64,000 nt of DNA from Aquirufa sp. (GCA_044353355.1 JBILCC010000001.1:10031-74030); one strand, 5' to 3'. Shown: positions 49,327 to 59,564, counted from the stretch's first letter. Notes: generated from the letters alone by a model not told the origin. Program-made: numbers and translations.

Positions 49327-50406
49327 CTAGGACCTCGCCATCACAATCTTCTCCTTCTCCAGCACCTTCAATATTCCCAAATTGACAGTTTGTTTCGTCG
49401 CCTGAAACTTTGCGTAGTCTTTGGTCTGAACAAAATAAGTCACCGAAATATCGATGGAATAAGCGCTAAAGCCTTCAAAAATCACCTTAGGTGCTTTTTT
49501 CTTGCACAAAGGCTCTTCTTGAATAAGTGCCTCAATACTAGCAATAGCTGATTCAATTTGAGAAGGTTTGGTAGTTAATTCACAGAGAATCGTGTATTTA
49601 GCACGTCTAAAATCACGTTCACTCATGTTTTCGAGTGATTGTGAGGTGAGTAGTCGATTTGGAACTAGTATTAAATTGCCATCTGCACCTCTGATTCGAG
49701 TGCTTCTAAATCCTATTTTTTCTATATCTCCACTGATGGATCCTATTTGAATGTTATCACCTACTACAAAGGGTAGATCCAAGAAAATAGTGAATGAGGC
49801 AAATAAATTTTCTAGCGTTTCTCGCGCTGCTAAAGCTAAGGCTAAACCTCCAATTCCTAAACCGGTGATTAATGCCACTACATCTACTTCAAAAACGCGA
49901 CCAAGGAAAACAAATCCAGCTGCCGTGATAATAAAGACCATGGATAGGTCGTTCAGGAAGGGAATGAATTGTTGTTTGGATTTTTGATCTGCACCGTTCC
50001 ACTTTTCTTGGGCAACTAAAATAACCACCTTCATTAAGCGGACTACTATCCAAGTAATGGTGAAAATAACAGCAGATTCGAAGGCTTTTTCAAGGAGGTA
50101 AAGTAGGCCAAATTTTTCCATCGGCTCGATATTCCAGACGGATGGCACGTGTAAATTTTGGACTGCAAAATACAAGAAGATCCAAAATATGAGTAATTCG
50201 AAAGGTTTTCGAATGAGTTGAACGCAATCTTGAATGGAGATAGATTCTTCGGGGATAAACCGATAAACAATTTTTGAAAATGAATTAGAGAAAAAACGTC
50301 TTAATATAAAACTGATTAACATAATTCCTCCAAAAAGGATTACATCCCATGCTGAATTATCTAAATAAACCCCATTTTTTAAATCTTCAATCATTTTGTC
50401 AATCAT
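49327..50406 (-). CDS. Mechanosensitive channel, MscS family
   Basis: GLGIGGLALALAARETLENLFAS, PF.VGD.I, IGFRSTRIR; start 50406 or 50394. Confidence 0.92.
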   Translation of the reverse strand: MIDKMIEDLKNGVYLDNSAWDVILFGGIMLISFILRRFFSNSFSKIVYRFIPEESISIQDCVQLIRKPFELLIFWIFLYFAVQNLHVPSVWNIEPMEKFGLLYLLEKAFESAVIFTITWIVVRLMKVVILVAQEKWNGADQKSKQQFIPFLNDLSMVFIITAAGFVFLGRVFEVDVVALITGLGIGGLALALAARETLENLFASFTIFLDLPFVVGDNIQIGSISGDIEKIGFRSTRIRGADGNLILVPNRLLTSQSLENMSERDFRRAKYTILCELTTKPSQIESAIASIEALIQEEPLCKKKAPKVIFEGFSAYSIDISVTYFVQTKDYAKFQATKQTVNLGILKVLEKEKIVMARS

Positions 50407-50500
50407 TTTGAATTCAAATATAGCTAATAACTTAGTCGAATGTGAAATAAAATTACGACCTTTGCACACTATTATTCCCGCAAGGGAGGATTTTAATTCT

Positions 50501-51808
50501 ATGAATTTTATTTCTTTGGATAAGCCTACAACCTTTATAAAAACGCTTCGGTATCTGCTAATCGTTTTATTTTTAATCGTGTCTCCTCAAGTTTGGGCGC
50601 AGACTATTTTGAATTCTCCGTATTCTTATTTAGGTATGGGAGAGATTCAGAGCGGTGATAATGCTACTCAAATGATGATGGGTGGAATTGGAGTTTCGAA
50701 CTCGAATGGTATTTATGCCAATATGGTAAATCCTGCATTGTTAGCCAGAAACCGTTATACTAATTTGGAGGTAGGGGTGAATACGGAATATAAAACGTTA
50801 CAAGATTATCGTCAACAACAAAAGATTTTTGGCGGTAATTATCAGTCATTGAATTTAACGTTACCTATTAATTCACGCTGGACAATGTCCGTAGCTATTC
50901 GTCCTCATTCGGCGGTGGAATATGAGACCAAATCTTATCGTCGGCTTAATTTATTAGGTGTGGATAGTTTGATTTATTCTTATAAAGGAAGCGGAGGAGT
51001 TAGTAAATTATCCATTTCAAATGGCGTTCGATTAGGCAAAGAGTTTTATGTGGGCCTACAAATGGATTACTTGTTTGGTCAAGTGAATCGTAATGTATCC
51101 ACACAGAATTTATCTGATGGCCAATACTATAAGGTGCAATTAGAAGATTTGACATCTTATTCTGATTTTCAATTTAAGGCTGGATTTGCTTACCGACATA
51201 AGGTGAAGAAAGATATTTTCTTGAATTTAGGGGCTACTATTGATCTAAATTCAACGGTAAATGCAGATCAATTGAAGCGGTTTGCGACATTTGATATTTC
51301 TGGTTTAAGTATAATTAATGCGGATACTTTAGATAAATCGACTGTTACTGTACAGCAAATCCCAGTGACTAAGCGTTTTGGGGTTAGTGTCGAAAAATTG
51401 GCAAATTGGATGTTCGGGCTAGATTATTCGTACACAGATTGGAGTAAAGTTTCTAATAATTTAGGTCGCTCTACTTCTTTGCCTGCTTCTCACAAAGTTT
51501 CAGTAGGAGGGGAATATATCCCTGATATTGAGTCAATTTCTAATTATTACAAACGTATTACGTATCGAGTGGGAGGTTCTATTGAGAAAACCCCTTATGA
51601 TTTCTTAGGTAATGGAAATTATGCCATTGATAAGAACGTAAGTTTTGGAGTTGCCTTGCCGCTTCGTAATCTATCCCTTCTTAACATTGCCTATCAAGTG
51701 GGTCGCCGAGGTTTGATCACTGAAAATGGGTTAGAGGAGCAATACCACAGGATTACTTTGGGTTTAACCTTTAGTGATCTCTGGTTCCAAAAGCAGAAAA
51801 TAAACTAA
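50501..51808 (+). CDS. Outer-membrane beta-barrel protein (FadL/OmpP1-like) upstream of lptC
   Basis: NSPYS..G.G...MGG...NPA N-terminal motif; beta-strands; likely start MNFISL. Confidence 0.7.
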   Translation: MNFISLDKPTTFIKTLRYLLIVLFLIVSPQVWAQTILNSPYSYLGMGEIQSGDNATQMMMGGIGVSNSNGIYANMVNPALLARNRYTNLEVGVNTEYKTLQDYRQQQKIFGGNYQSLNLTLPINSRWTMSVAIRPHSAVEYETKSYRRLNLLGVDSLIYSYKGSGGVSKLSISNGVRLGKEFYVGLQMDYLFGQVNRNVSTQNLSDGQYYKVQLEDLTSYSDFQFKAGFAYRHKVKKDIFLNLGATIDLNSTVNADQLKRFATFDISGLSIINADTLDKSTVTVQQIPVTKRFGVSVEKLANWMFGLDYSYTDWSKVSNNLGRSTSLPASHKVSVGGEYIPDIESISNYYKRITYRVGGSIEKTPYDFLGNGNYAIDKNVSFGVALPLRNLSLLNIAYQVGRRGLITENGLEEQYHRITLGLTFSDLWFQKQKIN

Positions 51809-51817
51809 TTCGCTCTC

Positions 51818-52360
51818 ATGCGCAATTCGAGCCTACTCTTTTTGCTCTTGATTAACTGCGCATTTTTTTCTTGTCGCGAGAGAGCTGATGATTCTAAAGC
51901 TTTCTATAATGGACCGAGATCTGAATTGTATGGTATCGATATGGTTTATTCTGATTCCGCCCGAAAAGTTATTAGAATGGTAACGGATGTGCAATGGACT
52001 TTATCCACTGAAGACCGGGTTTATCCTGAAGAAGTTAAGCTTTGGTTTTATGATAAAAATGGAAAGATTACCTCTGAAGTTCGAGGTGATTCAGCTCATT
52101 ATTATCGGGTAAAAAATACCTATAAACTTATTGGTCATGTTGTTATTCATAACATTGAAAAAGAAGAAACGTTGAAGACCGATGAGTTCAATTGGTTAGT
52201 TTCGGAAAAACGTATATTTACTGATAAGGCGGTTCAATTAAGAACCCGATCTGAATTAGTCAATGGGGTAGGTCTTGATGCTGCCCAAGATTTTTCCACT
52301 TATTCTTTAAGACATGTACGTAATTCCGTGGTCGCGGTCGAAGGAATGCCTACGAACTAG
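51818..52360 (+). CDS. lptC: LPS export protein LptC
   Basis: YSDSA; YP......FYD; L.T....W.....IFTD..V; G.GL.A..DFS.Y motifs of Bacteroidota LptC. Confidence 0.85.
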   Translation: MRNSSLLFLLLINCAFFSCRERADDSKAFYNGPRSELYGIDMVYSDSARKVIRMVTDVQWTLSTEDRVYPEEVKLWFYDKNGKITSEVRGDSAHYYRVKNTYKLIGHVVIHNIEKEETLKTDEFNWLVSEKRIFTDKAVQLRTRSELVNGVGLDAAQDFSTYSLRHVRNSVVAVEGMPTN

Positions 52361-52725
52361 CGACAGTCATTTAGTGCTAGTCTTACACTGTCTACAGGAT
52401 AAATCTGTTTTTTGCCACCCCATTTTTCACGCATATACGTAATCAATTCTGCGATGTCTAATGCCTGAAGTTTTGCATTAGCGGGCATAAACCCATTTCC
52501 CTTCTTTCCATTTTTAAGTAGGCAGGCCAAAACCTCTGGGCTTAATTTTGTTTTCTGAATTGAGGGATACAAATCACGCAATCCTGATCCATCTGCCTGA
52601 TGGCAATTCTCACAATGTGTTTGATATAGGGCCATTCCTTCGACAGAATATTGCTGCTGGGTGATTTCTTCCTTGCTTGAGCAAGAGAAAAAGAAAAAAG
52701 CAGAGATAGCGATATAATTTTTCAT
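52357..52725 (-). CDS. Mono-heme c-type cytochrome lipoprotein
   Basis: Lipobox FFS-C; CENCH heme motif; distal MP. Confidence 0.88.
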   Translation of the reverse strand: MKNYIAISAFFFFSCSSKEEITQQQYSVEGMALYQTHCENCHQADGSGLRDLYPSIQKTKLSPEVLACLLKNGKKGNGFMPANAKLQALDIAELITYMREKWGGKKQIYPVDSVRLALNDCR

Positions 52726-52730
52726 TTAAT

Positions 52731-52803
52731 AATGGTAAATGGTGAATGGTAAATGGTGAATGGCGGATAAAAAAAATCATTTACCATTTACCATTCACCA
52801 TTT
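52731..52803. repeat. Inverted heptamer-repeat hairpin (AATGGTR)n/(YACCATT)n
   Basis: AATGGTA AATGGTG AATGGTA AATGGTG AATGGCG ... CATTTAC CATTTAC CATTCAC CATTT. Confidence 0.85.
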
Positions 52804-53416
52804 ATAATTCCTTTAAAAGCACTTCCATATCCTCTAACAAATGATTAACCTCCGTTTCTACGGTCCCATCATAGATGCCTCGAACGTGCCTATTTTTGTC
52901 CACTAAAATGAAGGCGCCGCTGTGGACGAATCCACCAGCCTCGTTTGGATCTTCTTGCGCAGAAACCATATAACTCTTTTGGCCCAATTTATAAATGGTC
53001 TCTTTATCTCCTGTCAATAAATTCCATTTAGGAGCCTCTACTTTTAAGCGCGTGGCATAATCCTTTAGGACGGAGGTGTTGTCAAAATCTGGGTCTATAC
53101 TGTGTGAAATGATTCGAACTTCGTCGCGTTCTTTGTAACGCTCATATATGCGCAACATCTGCGTTTTCATTTTAGGGCAAATGGTAGGGCAGGTTGTGAA
53201 GAAAAAGTCTGCCACATATACCTTTCCTGCTACGTCTTTCTCGGTAACGACAAGGGAATCTTGGTTCAAAAATTGAAAGGCTGGAATCTGGTGATACACG
53301 GTGTCCCCTTTCGCATTCAGAGTTTTAGGGCCTAAGAACGGTAATTTTTTCTCTTGTGAACAAGAGAAAAGAATAACAGAAAGCAATAAACTAAGGATGG
53401 TATTTTTGTGCTGCAT
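52802..53416 (-). CDS. SCO family copper chaperone
   Basis: FFFTTCPTICP (CxxxC), SIDPDFD, HSGAFILVD. Confidence 0.95.
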   Translation of the reverse strand: MQHKNTILSLLLSVILFSCSQEKKLPFLGPKTLNAKGDTVYHQIPAFQFLNQDSLVVTEKDVAGKVYVADFFFTTCPTICPKMKTQMLRIYERYKERDEVRIISHSIDPDFDNTSVLKDYATRLKVEAPKWNLLTGDKETIYKLGQKSYMVSAQEDPNEAGGFVHSGAFILVDKNRHVRGIYDGTVETEVNHLLEDMEVLLKEL

Positions 53417-53771
53417 TGAGGGTAGAATCTGTCAGTTTTTGAAGATCAGTTAATTGCGTGTATTGGTTCTTGAGGTAAATCACCTTAGTGCTCACATCCA
53501 TTTTTTCTAAACTATCGATAGAAAACTGGTGCATCCAATCCATCATCGATTTGTCTGCTTTGTCTAAGGAATTAATCAGTTTACGTACGTGCGTTGAATC
53601 TGCACCGGTAGACAAGCTGTCTAGTTGAGTTTTAAGAGAAACGATTTGTTCTGTTTTAGGCATTAAATCATCATGCAAGCCGAGGACTTTTGCTTGTAGT
53701 TCTTCACTTAATTTTTCTTCTGCTTGAGAACAGCCTACTAAAATTAGGCTAATAGCGATCCATTTTTTCAT
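53391..53771 (-). CDS. Hypothetical helical lipoprotein
   Basis: Lipobox LVG-C; HDDLMPK and MMDWMH His/Met motifs. Confidence 0.7.
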   Translation of the reverse strand: MKKWIAISLILVGCSQAEEKLSEELQAKVLGLHDDLMPKTEQIVSLKTQLDSLSTGADSTHVRKLINSLDKADKSMMDWMHQFSIDSLEKMDVSTKVIYLKNQYTQLTDLQKLTDSTLNAAQKYHP

Positions 53772-55429
53772 GCGTGTGATTGGATTAAATTTCTAACATT
53801 GGCTAATAGATCTTTGTAACCTTGTTGACCACCGATCATTTTAGCGATTTCCTCTACGCGTTCTTCTTCTACTAACTCCCGAAGATTTGAAACAGTTTTC
53901 GATCCGGCGTGATCTTTGTAGACAAACCAGTGCTTGGATCCCGCTGCCGCGATTTGGTGGAGATGGGTGATGGCGATGATTTGGTGCCCTTGGCTCATTT
54001 GACTCAGCATTTGACCCATTTTGATGGCAATTTCTCCGGAAACACCCGTGTCAATCTCATCCAAAATCAACGTAGGCAAGGCTCTTTTCTTGGCTAACAA
54101 ATGCTTTATCGACAGCATAAGGCGACTCATTTCGCCTCCTGAAGCAATTTGCTTGAATGGTTTAGGGGCTAAACCTTTGTTCGCAGAGAAAAGTAATTGA
54201 ATTTTGTCAGAGCCGTTCGCCGCTAATTCTTTGGCCGTCATCTCCCAGGTTAAATTCGCATTCGGAATGCCTAAGGACTGTAAAGAAATCACCAGAGCAG
54301 TGGATATCGCGTCTAAAACGGCAGAGCGAGACGAAGATAAAGCCTCCGCCGCTGCACACGCCAGCTTGAAATCAGCATCCACTCGCTCCCGCGCATTTAC
54401 TAACAACGTATCCATCGATGAAAATTGAGATAATCGCAAATCAAGCGATTCGACTAAAGCCATTAATTCAGTAACGTTGGGCGCTTGGTATTTTTGTAAT
54501 AAACGATTTAGCAAGTCTAATCGCTTCTGTTTTTGTTCTAATTCCAATGGATCGTAAACGAAATCTTCTGCCTCGCTCTCCACTTCGGCGCCTAAGTCTT
54601 TTAATTCGATCCAAATAGATTCTATACGAGTTTTCCAGTTTGCGAAATTCTCTCCCCACTTACTTAGTGAAGTGGCTTGTTGTAAAGCGATTCTGCTTTG
54701 CTGAAGGGCTGAAACTTCTGATACGCTAAGGGCCTGAGCTAAAACGGCCAGCTTTTCCTGGATTTGTTCTGCATTTTGCAGTTTTTGGACAGCTGTATCT
54801 AAGGATTCGTATTCACCCTCTCTAAGCTGTGCTTTGCTTAATTCGTCGAATTGGAATTGAATAAAGTCTAGTTCTTGTGTTCCTTTAGTAGATGCTTGTT
54901 CTAAGGAGCTCAAAGTGGAAACGCTGGATGACCAGGCTGCAAATGCGGCAGTATATGATTTTCTTAACGATTCATTCTGCGCATAGGCATCGACCATATC
55001 TAGCGTAAAATCCGGATGGGACATCCACCAGGTATCTTGCTGGGAGTGAATATCGACTAATTCGTTTCCGATTCGCTTTAGTGTTTCGAGTGTGACAGGT
55101 GTGTCATTCACGAAGCTGCGGGACTTACCTTGGGGATTGATTTCTCGGCGGATCAAGCAAGGTTCCTCGAAATCGATTTCTTCTTCCTCAAACACTGCTC
55201 GTAAGTGTGGAAAAGAAGTCAGAGAGAATTGCCCCTCAATAATACATTTCTTGGATGCATCGAAGAGGCTTTTGCTGTCTGCTCTTTGGCCTAATAATAA
55301 GGAGATGGCTCCTAATAAGATGGATTTTCCGGCACCCGTTTCTCCCGTAATCGCGGTCAGACCACCTGTCAAATGCAGGTCGAGCTGTTCGATCAACGAG
55401 TAGTTTTGGATGTGAAGGTGCTTCAACAT
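53768..55429 (-). CDS. recN: DNA repair protein RecN
   Basis: True start MLKHLHIQN at 55429; TGETGAGKS, ASGGEMSR, DEIDTGVSG. Confidence 0.97.
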   Translation of the reverse strand: MLKHLHIQNYSLIEQLDLHLTGGLTAITGETGAGKSILLGAISLLLGQRADSKSLFDASKKCIIEGQFSLTSFPHLRAVFEEEEIDFEEPCLIRREINPQGKSRSFVNDTPVTLETLKRIGNELVDIHSQQDTWWMSHPDFTLDMVDAYAQNESLRKSYTAAFAAWSSSVSTLSSLEQASTKGTQELDFIQFQFDELSKAQLREGEYESLDTAVQKLQNAEQIQEKLAVLAQALSVSEVSALQQSRIALQQATSLSKWGENFANWKTRIESIWIELKDLGAEVESEAEDFVYDPLELEQKQKRLDLLNRLLQKYQAPNVTELMALVESLDLRLSQFSSMDTLLVNARERVDADFKLACAAAEALSSSRSAVLDAISTALVISLQSLGIPNANLTWEMTAKELAANGSDKIQLLFSANKGLAPKPFKQIASGGEMSRLMLSIKHLLAKKRALPTLILDEIDTGVSGEIAIKMGQMLSQMSQGHQIIAITHLHQIAAAGSKHWFVYKDHAGSKTVSNLRELVEEERVEEIAKMIGGQQGYKDLLANVRNLIQSHA

Positions 55430-55501
55430 AGGAAAGGCATCAAAGTTCGAATTTACGCAAAAAAAATTGTTCCCATTTTTATTTCGTCTATCAATCAGGA
55501 T

Positions 55502-55534
55502 TTTGATAATTTTTATCAATATTTTGTACCTTTG
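55502..55534 (+). promoter_or_regulatory. sucD promoter with an internal palindrome
   Basis: TTTG 55502-55505, 21-nt spacer, TACCTTTG 55527-55534; TTGATAA-TTT-TTATCAA at 55503-55519. Confidence 0.6.
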
Positions 55535-55572
55535 GAAAAATTTTTCGCCTACGTTATTATAACCCCTAGCAA

Positions 55573-56451
55573 ATGAGTGTTTTAGTAAATAAGAATTCAA
55601 AAATTATTGTTCAAGGTTTCACAGGAACTGAGGGAACTTTCCACGCTGAGCAAATGATCGCGTATGGAACCCAAGTGGTAGGTGGTGTTACCCCAGGTAA
55701 AGGTGGCGCTAAGCACTTAGATCGCCCTATTTTCAATACAGTAGCGGATGCGGTTGCTTCTACAGGAGCTGACACATCAATCATTTTCGTACCGCCGGCA
55801 TTTGCTGCTGATGCGATTATGGAAGCGGCAGATGCAGGAATTAAAGTCATTATTTGTATCACGGAGGGTATTCCTACGAAAGATATGATTGTGGCGAAAG
55901 AATATATCTCTAACTACGATACACGTTTAATCGGACCTAACTGCCCAGGCGTTATGACAGCTGACGAGTGTAAAGTAGGTATCATGCCAGGCTTTATTTT
56001 CCAAAAAGGACGCGTGGGTATCGTTTCTAAATCAGGAACGTTAACATATGAAGCGGTAGATCAATTAACAAAAGCAGGATTAGGCCAAACAACAGCCATC
56101 GGTATCGGTGGTGATCCGATCATCGGAACAACCACAAAAGAAGCGGTTGAATTATTAATGAACGACCCAGAAACAGAAGGTATCGTGATGATCGGTGAGA
56201 TCGGTGGCGGTATGGAAGCGGAAGCGGCTCGTTGGATTAAAGCAGATGGTAACCGCAAGCCAGTGGTTGGTTTTATTGCTGGCCAAACTGCTCCTAAAGG
56301 ACGTCGTATGGGTCACGCAGGTGCTATCATCGGTGGTGCTGATGACACAGCAGAAGCAAAAATGAAGATCATGCAAGAGTGTGGAATCCACGTGGTTTAC
56401 TCTCCAGCTGACATTGGCGAAACGATGATCAAAGCGTTGGCTGCTAAATAA
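55573..56451 (+). CDS. sucD: Succinate--CoA ligase alpha subunit
   Basis: [28 protein letters not shown]. Confidence 0.98.
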   Translation: MSVLVNKNSKIIVQGFTGTEGTFHAEQMIAYGTQVVGGVTPGKGGAKHLDRPIFNTVADAVASTGADTSIIFVPPAFAADAIMEAADAGIKVIICITEGIPTKDMIVAKEYISNYDTRLIGPNCPGVMTADECKVGIMPGFIFQKGRVGIVSKSGTLTYEAVDQLTKAGLGQTTAIGIGGDPIIGTTTKEAVELLMNDPETEGIVMIGEIGGGMEAEAARWIKADGNRKPVVGFIAGQTAPKGRRMGHAGAIIGGADDTAEAKMKIMQECGIHVVYSPADIGETMIKALAAK

Positions 56452-56470
56452 GTTGAATTAATTTCAAGGA

Positions 56471-57643
56471 ATGATTCCTTTCTTTTTAAAATCTGCTCAT
56501 TTGATTCCTTCATGGAAAACGGTGAGCAGATTTTTTTTATGGGCTTTATTACTCCAAGCGGGAACCAGTCAGGCTGCTTGGAAGAAGGTGTATTCCTTTG
56601 AGCGCGATTGGCTAGTGTACCAAGAAGCTTGGAAAAGCTTCTTGCCCTATGTCTCTTCGAAGCATTATAATTACCATTCCAAGTCCTTGGAGTTGCATCC
56701 GCTTGATTTTCCTAAGACTTATTTGGCGATTACCCCTAAAGAAAATTACCATCTTTTTTTACAAGGAGCCTTGTTTAAGGACTTGAAGAAAGGGGTGACT
56801 TTTCGATATCCGCTTGATAGTTTAAAGCAAAAGGTAATTTTAACCGTATATTCAGAAAATCTGGAAGGCTTACCTAGTGAATTCTCTTTAGAACGCAACG
56901 AAAAAGTAGTTGTGGTAGAAAAAACTGATTTCTTTTCTCTTCAAACCAGATCAGGAGCCCCCTTCTCTAATTTCTTTTTATTGAGTATACTCTCAGTAAT
57001 GGCTTGTTTGGGTCTATTATTCTCTGCGTACCCGCGCGTATTTACCTCTTTCTATCGCTATGCAGATTGGATAAGGTGGGAAGTAAAGGATGAGGTGTGG
57101 ATGAGACGCCCATTTGCTTTACCTAATCTGCTGGTATTGTTTACATTGAGTTTAATTACCGCTTGTTTGGCCTATTTAACGGGTTTTAAGACCGCAATAA
57201 AGGATGAGTTTTTCAGTAATGCGGATAATTTTGTAACTATTTGGCCAAGTGTTCTCTTTATTTTCTCCAAACTGGGCCTCTCTTTTTTACTGTTCATCTC
57301 TCGTTATTTTGTCTATTATTTATTTACTGATCTATTTAAATTGAAGGGATTAGCTAATGTTCATTATTTTAAATCTCTTCAAACAAATTTGCAATTTTTC
57401 ACACTTCTATTTACTGCACTTTGTTTTTATGCCGTTTACGTAGGACCCGCCACAGCGATTGATTTTAGTTCCTTTCTATATATAGTTGATTTCTATTTTC
57501 TTTTTCGATTTATTTATTTTTTCCAAAGTTTTCAGCGAAGTTTCTCCTTCCCGCGATTGTTTCTATTTATCTACCTTCTTATCATCGAAGGTCAGATTAT
57601 CTTGTTTGGTATCAGGGAATTAATTTTTCCCTCTTACATCTAA
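56471..57643 (+). CDS. DUF4271-like membrane protein
   Basis: Soluble N-domain plus several C-terminal TM helices; position upstream of hemD as usual in Bacteroidota. Confidence 0.65.
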   Translation: MIPFFLKSAHLIPSWKTVSRFFLWALLLQAGTSQAAWKKVYSFERDWLVYQEAWKSFLPYVSSKHYNYHSKSLELHPLDFPKTYLAITPKENYHLFLQGALFKDLKKGVTFRYPLDSLKQKVILTVYSENLEGLPSEFSLERNEKVVVVEKTDFFSLQTRSGAPFSNFFLLSILSVMACLGLLFSAYPRVFTSFYRYADWIRWEVKDEVWMRRPFALPNLLVLFTLSLITACLAYLTGFKTAIKDEFFSNADNFVTIWPSVLFIFSKLGLSFLLFISRYFVYYLFTDLFKLKGLANVHYFKSLQTNLQFFTLLFTALCFYAVYVGPATAIDFSSFLYIVDFYFLFRFIYFFQSFQRSFSFPRLFLFIYLLIIEGQIILFGIRELIFPSYI

Positions 57644-57673
57644 AGCAAGATAAAATTCTGTGAAAAATTGTCG

Positions 57674-57681
57674 TATATTTG
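57674..57681 (+). promoter_or_regulatory. -7 element upstream of hemD
   Basis: TATATTTG. Confidence 0.6.
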
Positions 57682-57729
57682 CACTCTGAATTTTAAGGCT
57701 GGTGTTTTTCCGGTCAAAATTGATTGATT

Positions 57730-58509
57730 ATGAGTAAAACTGCAACCGAAGAAACGAGTCGTTTAAAGAAAGTAAAGAGTATTCTTGTTACTCAATCTGC
57801 GCCCGCAGATGCTAAATCACCTTACTTTGAAATTGAAAAAAAATACAATGTAAAGGTAGATTTTAGACCTTTCATTGAAGTACAAGGGATTGCATATAAA
57901 GATTTCAGAAAGCAAAAAATTGAAATACTCCAGCACACAGCTATCATCTTTACGAGCCGTCATGCGATCGATCATTTCTTCCGTATGTGTAAAGAAGCAA
58001 AGCAGGAAGTTCCTACAGATATGAAGTATTTCTGTATAACGGAACAGACAGCGAATTATTTGCAAAAATATATTGTAATTCGTAAGCGTAAGGTATTTAC
58101 TGGTACGAAGACAGCACTAGACTTATTGGAAATTATCAAGAAACATAAGGGAGAGAAATTTTTGTTCCCATGTTCTAATAAACGTCAAAAAGACCTTCCT
58201 GATTACATGGGTACAAATGACTTCCAAATTACGGAAGCGGTTATGTATGAAACTGTTTCAGCAGATTTATCCGATTTAGAGAATGTGTTTTATGATGTAA
58301 TTGCTTTCTTCAGCCCTTCAGGAATTACTTCTTTGTTTCAAAATTTTCCGGATTTCAAGCAAAACAATACCCGTTTGGCTGCTTTTGGCCCCACAACAGC
58401 CCAAGCAGTAGTCGATGCAGGTTTAATTGTTGATATTCAGGCACCTATGCCAAATGCTCCTTCTATGACAGGAGCACTTGAACATTATATTAAGCAAGTA
58501 AATAAATAA
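57730..58509 (+). CDS. hemD: Uroporphyrinogen-III synthase
   Basis: VKSILV.Q, DFRPFIEV, FFSPSGI.SLF.NFPDF.QN.TR.A.FG. Confidence 0.9.
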   Translation: MSKTATEETSRLKKVKSILVTQSAPADAKSPYFEIEKKYNVKVDFRPFIEVQGIAYKDFRKQKIEILQHTAIIFTSRHAIDHFFRMCKEAKQEVPTDMKYFCITEQTANYLQKYIVIRKRKVFTGTKTALDLLEIIKKHKGEKFLFPCSNKRQKDLPDYMGTNDFQITEAVMYETVSADLSDLENVFYDVIAFFSPSGITSLFQNFPDFKQNNTRLAAFGPTTAQAVVDAGLIVDIQAPMPNAPSMTGALEHYIKQVNK

Positions 58510-58510
58510 T

Positions 58511-58538
58511 AAAAAAGCCTCCTCAATGGGGCTTTTTT
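58511..58538 (+). terminator. Intrinsic terminator after hemD
   Basis: AAAAAAGCCTC...GGGGCTTTTTT. Confidence 0.78.
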
Positions 58539-58571
58539 ATTATTTTAGCCTACCTAATTTTCATCCAACGA

Positions 58572-59564
58572 ATGAAACGCAGCTTGAGTATCTTGATAAC
58601 GTCATGCCATCCCCTCTTTCTTGTGGGAACTTTATTCGTTTGTTTTTCGCCCCTATTTGCGCAGCAAAGTCCACAATTCAGTATTTTCTCCGCTAATTCT
58701 ACTTTGATTAATCCGGCCTTTTCAGGATGGAAATCGTCTAATTATGTGGCAGTGCAATTCCGTGATCAATGGTCTGGTTATGCGACTACAACGGATGGGG
58801 AGGGGAATTTAGGAACTACCTGGGTGTCTAGCTCCTTTGGTGTTACACCTACTTTAGGGGTAGGGGTTTTATTCTACTCAGACAAGACTCCTTCTGGAGT
58901 ATCTCAACAATCTTTTAAGGTTTTAGGAGCCTATCATTTAAGGAAAGGTGAGAGTACGTGGTCCTTTGGATTCTCTGCCGGAACTCAAACTAAAACATTC
59001 GATGGTCGATCATTTCGCGTAAGAGATCCAAATGATCCAGTTACATCGTTGTTTTCAGGTTCAACGGCAAGTCAAGCTATTCTAGATTTTGGTGTGGGAA
59101 TTCTCTATTCAAAATCAAATTGGCAAGTTGGTATTTCCGTAGATCATATAAATTCCCCTAATTTCTCCTTTAAAGGTTATTCTGTTTTAATGCCTTTAGA
59201 ACAAGTCTATTCCTTAAATGCAAGTGCCGAGATTCCGTTGAATGATTACTTTGATGTTTCTCCATATGCCTTATTGAGAGCTTATTCTGGAAATTTAGTT
59301 CCAGAAGCAGGTGCTAGAATTTATTATAATAAACTTTTTTATGTAGGTTCTGGTTATAGACATGGAGATGCAGCTATGGGATTATTGGGGGTGTCCATTT
59401 TGGATAATAAATTAGATATAGGTTATTCTTTGGATTTAGCTATTTCTAATTCCTTGGCTAAGAGGCCTCTATCTCATGAAATTGCCATAAGGTATCAAAT
59501 ACCTGAACGAATTAAAAAAGGTAAAGTGGCTCCGATTCGTACTCCAAGGTTTAGAATCTTATAG
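58572..59564 (+). CDS. porP: Type IX secretion PorP/SprF family membrane protein
   Basis: QQ.PQFS...INPAF.G...R.QW.G; GYS.D...SHEI; ends RTPRFR; precedes gldK. Confidence 0.9.
   Translation: MKRSLSILITSCHPLFLVGTLFVCFSPLFAQQSPQFSIFSANSTLINPAFSGWKSSNYVAVQFRDQWSGYATTTDGEGNLGTTWVSSSFGVTPTLGVGVLFYSDKTPSGVSQQSFKVLGAYHLRKGESTWSFGFSAGTQTKTFDGRSFRVRDPNDPVTSLFSGSTASQAILDFGVGILYSKSNWQVGISVDHINSPNFSFKGYSVLMPLEQVYSLNASAEIPLNDYFDVSPYALLRAYSGNLVPEAGARIYYNKLFYVGSGYRHGDAAMGLLGVSILDNKLDIGYSLDLAISNSLAKRPLSHEIAIRYQIPERIKKGKVAPIRTPRFRIL

Noticed and set aside
49145-49330. 61-aa hydrophobic ORF after leuA as a possible toxin or leader peptide
   Set aside because: Runs through a terminator and pyrimidine-rich heptamer repeats, so the hydrophobicity is compositional
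55430-55600. Extended N-termini in the ORF track for recN (also both TBDRs, mscS and 50396)
   Set aside because: The extensions cross promoters or neighbouring genes; downstream ATGs give family-typical starts
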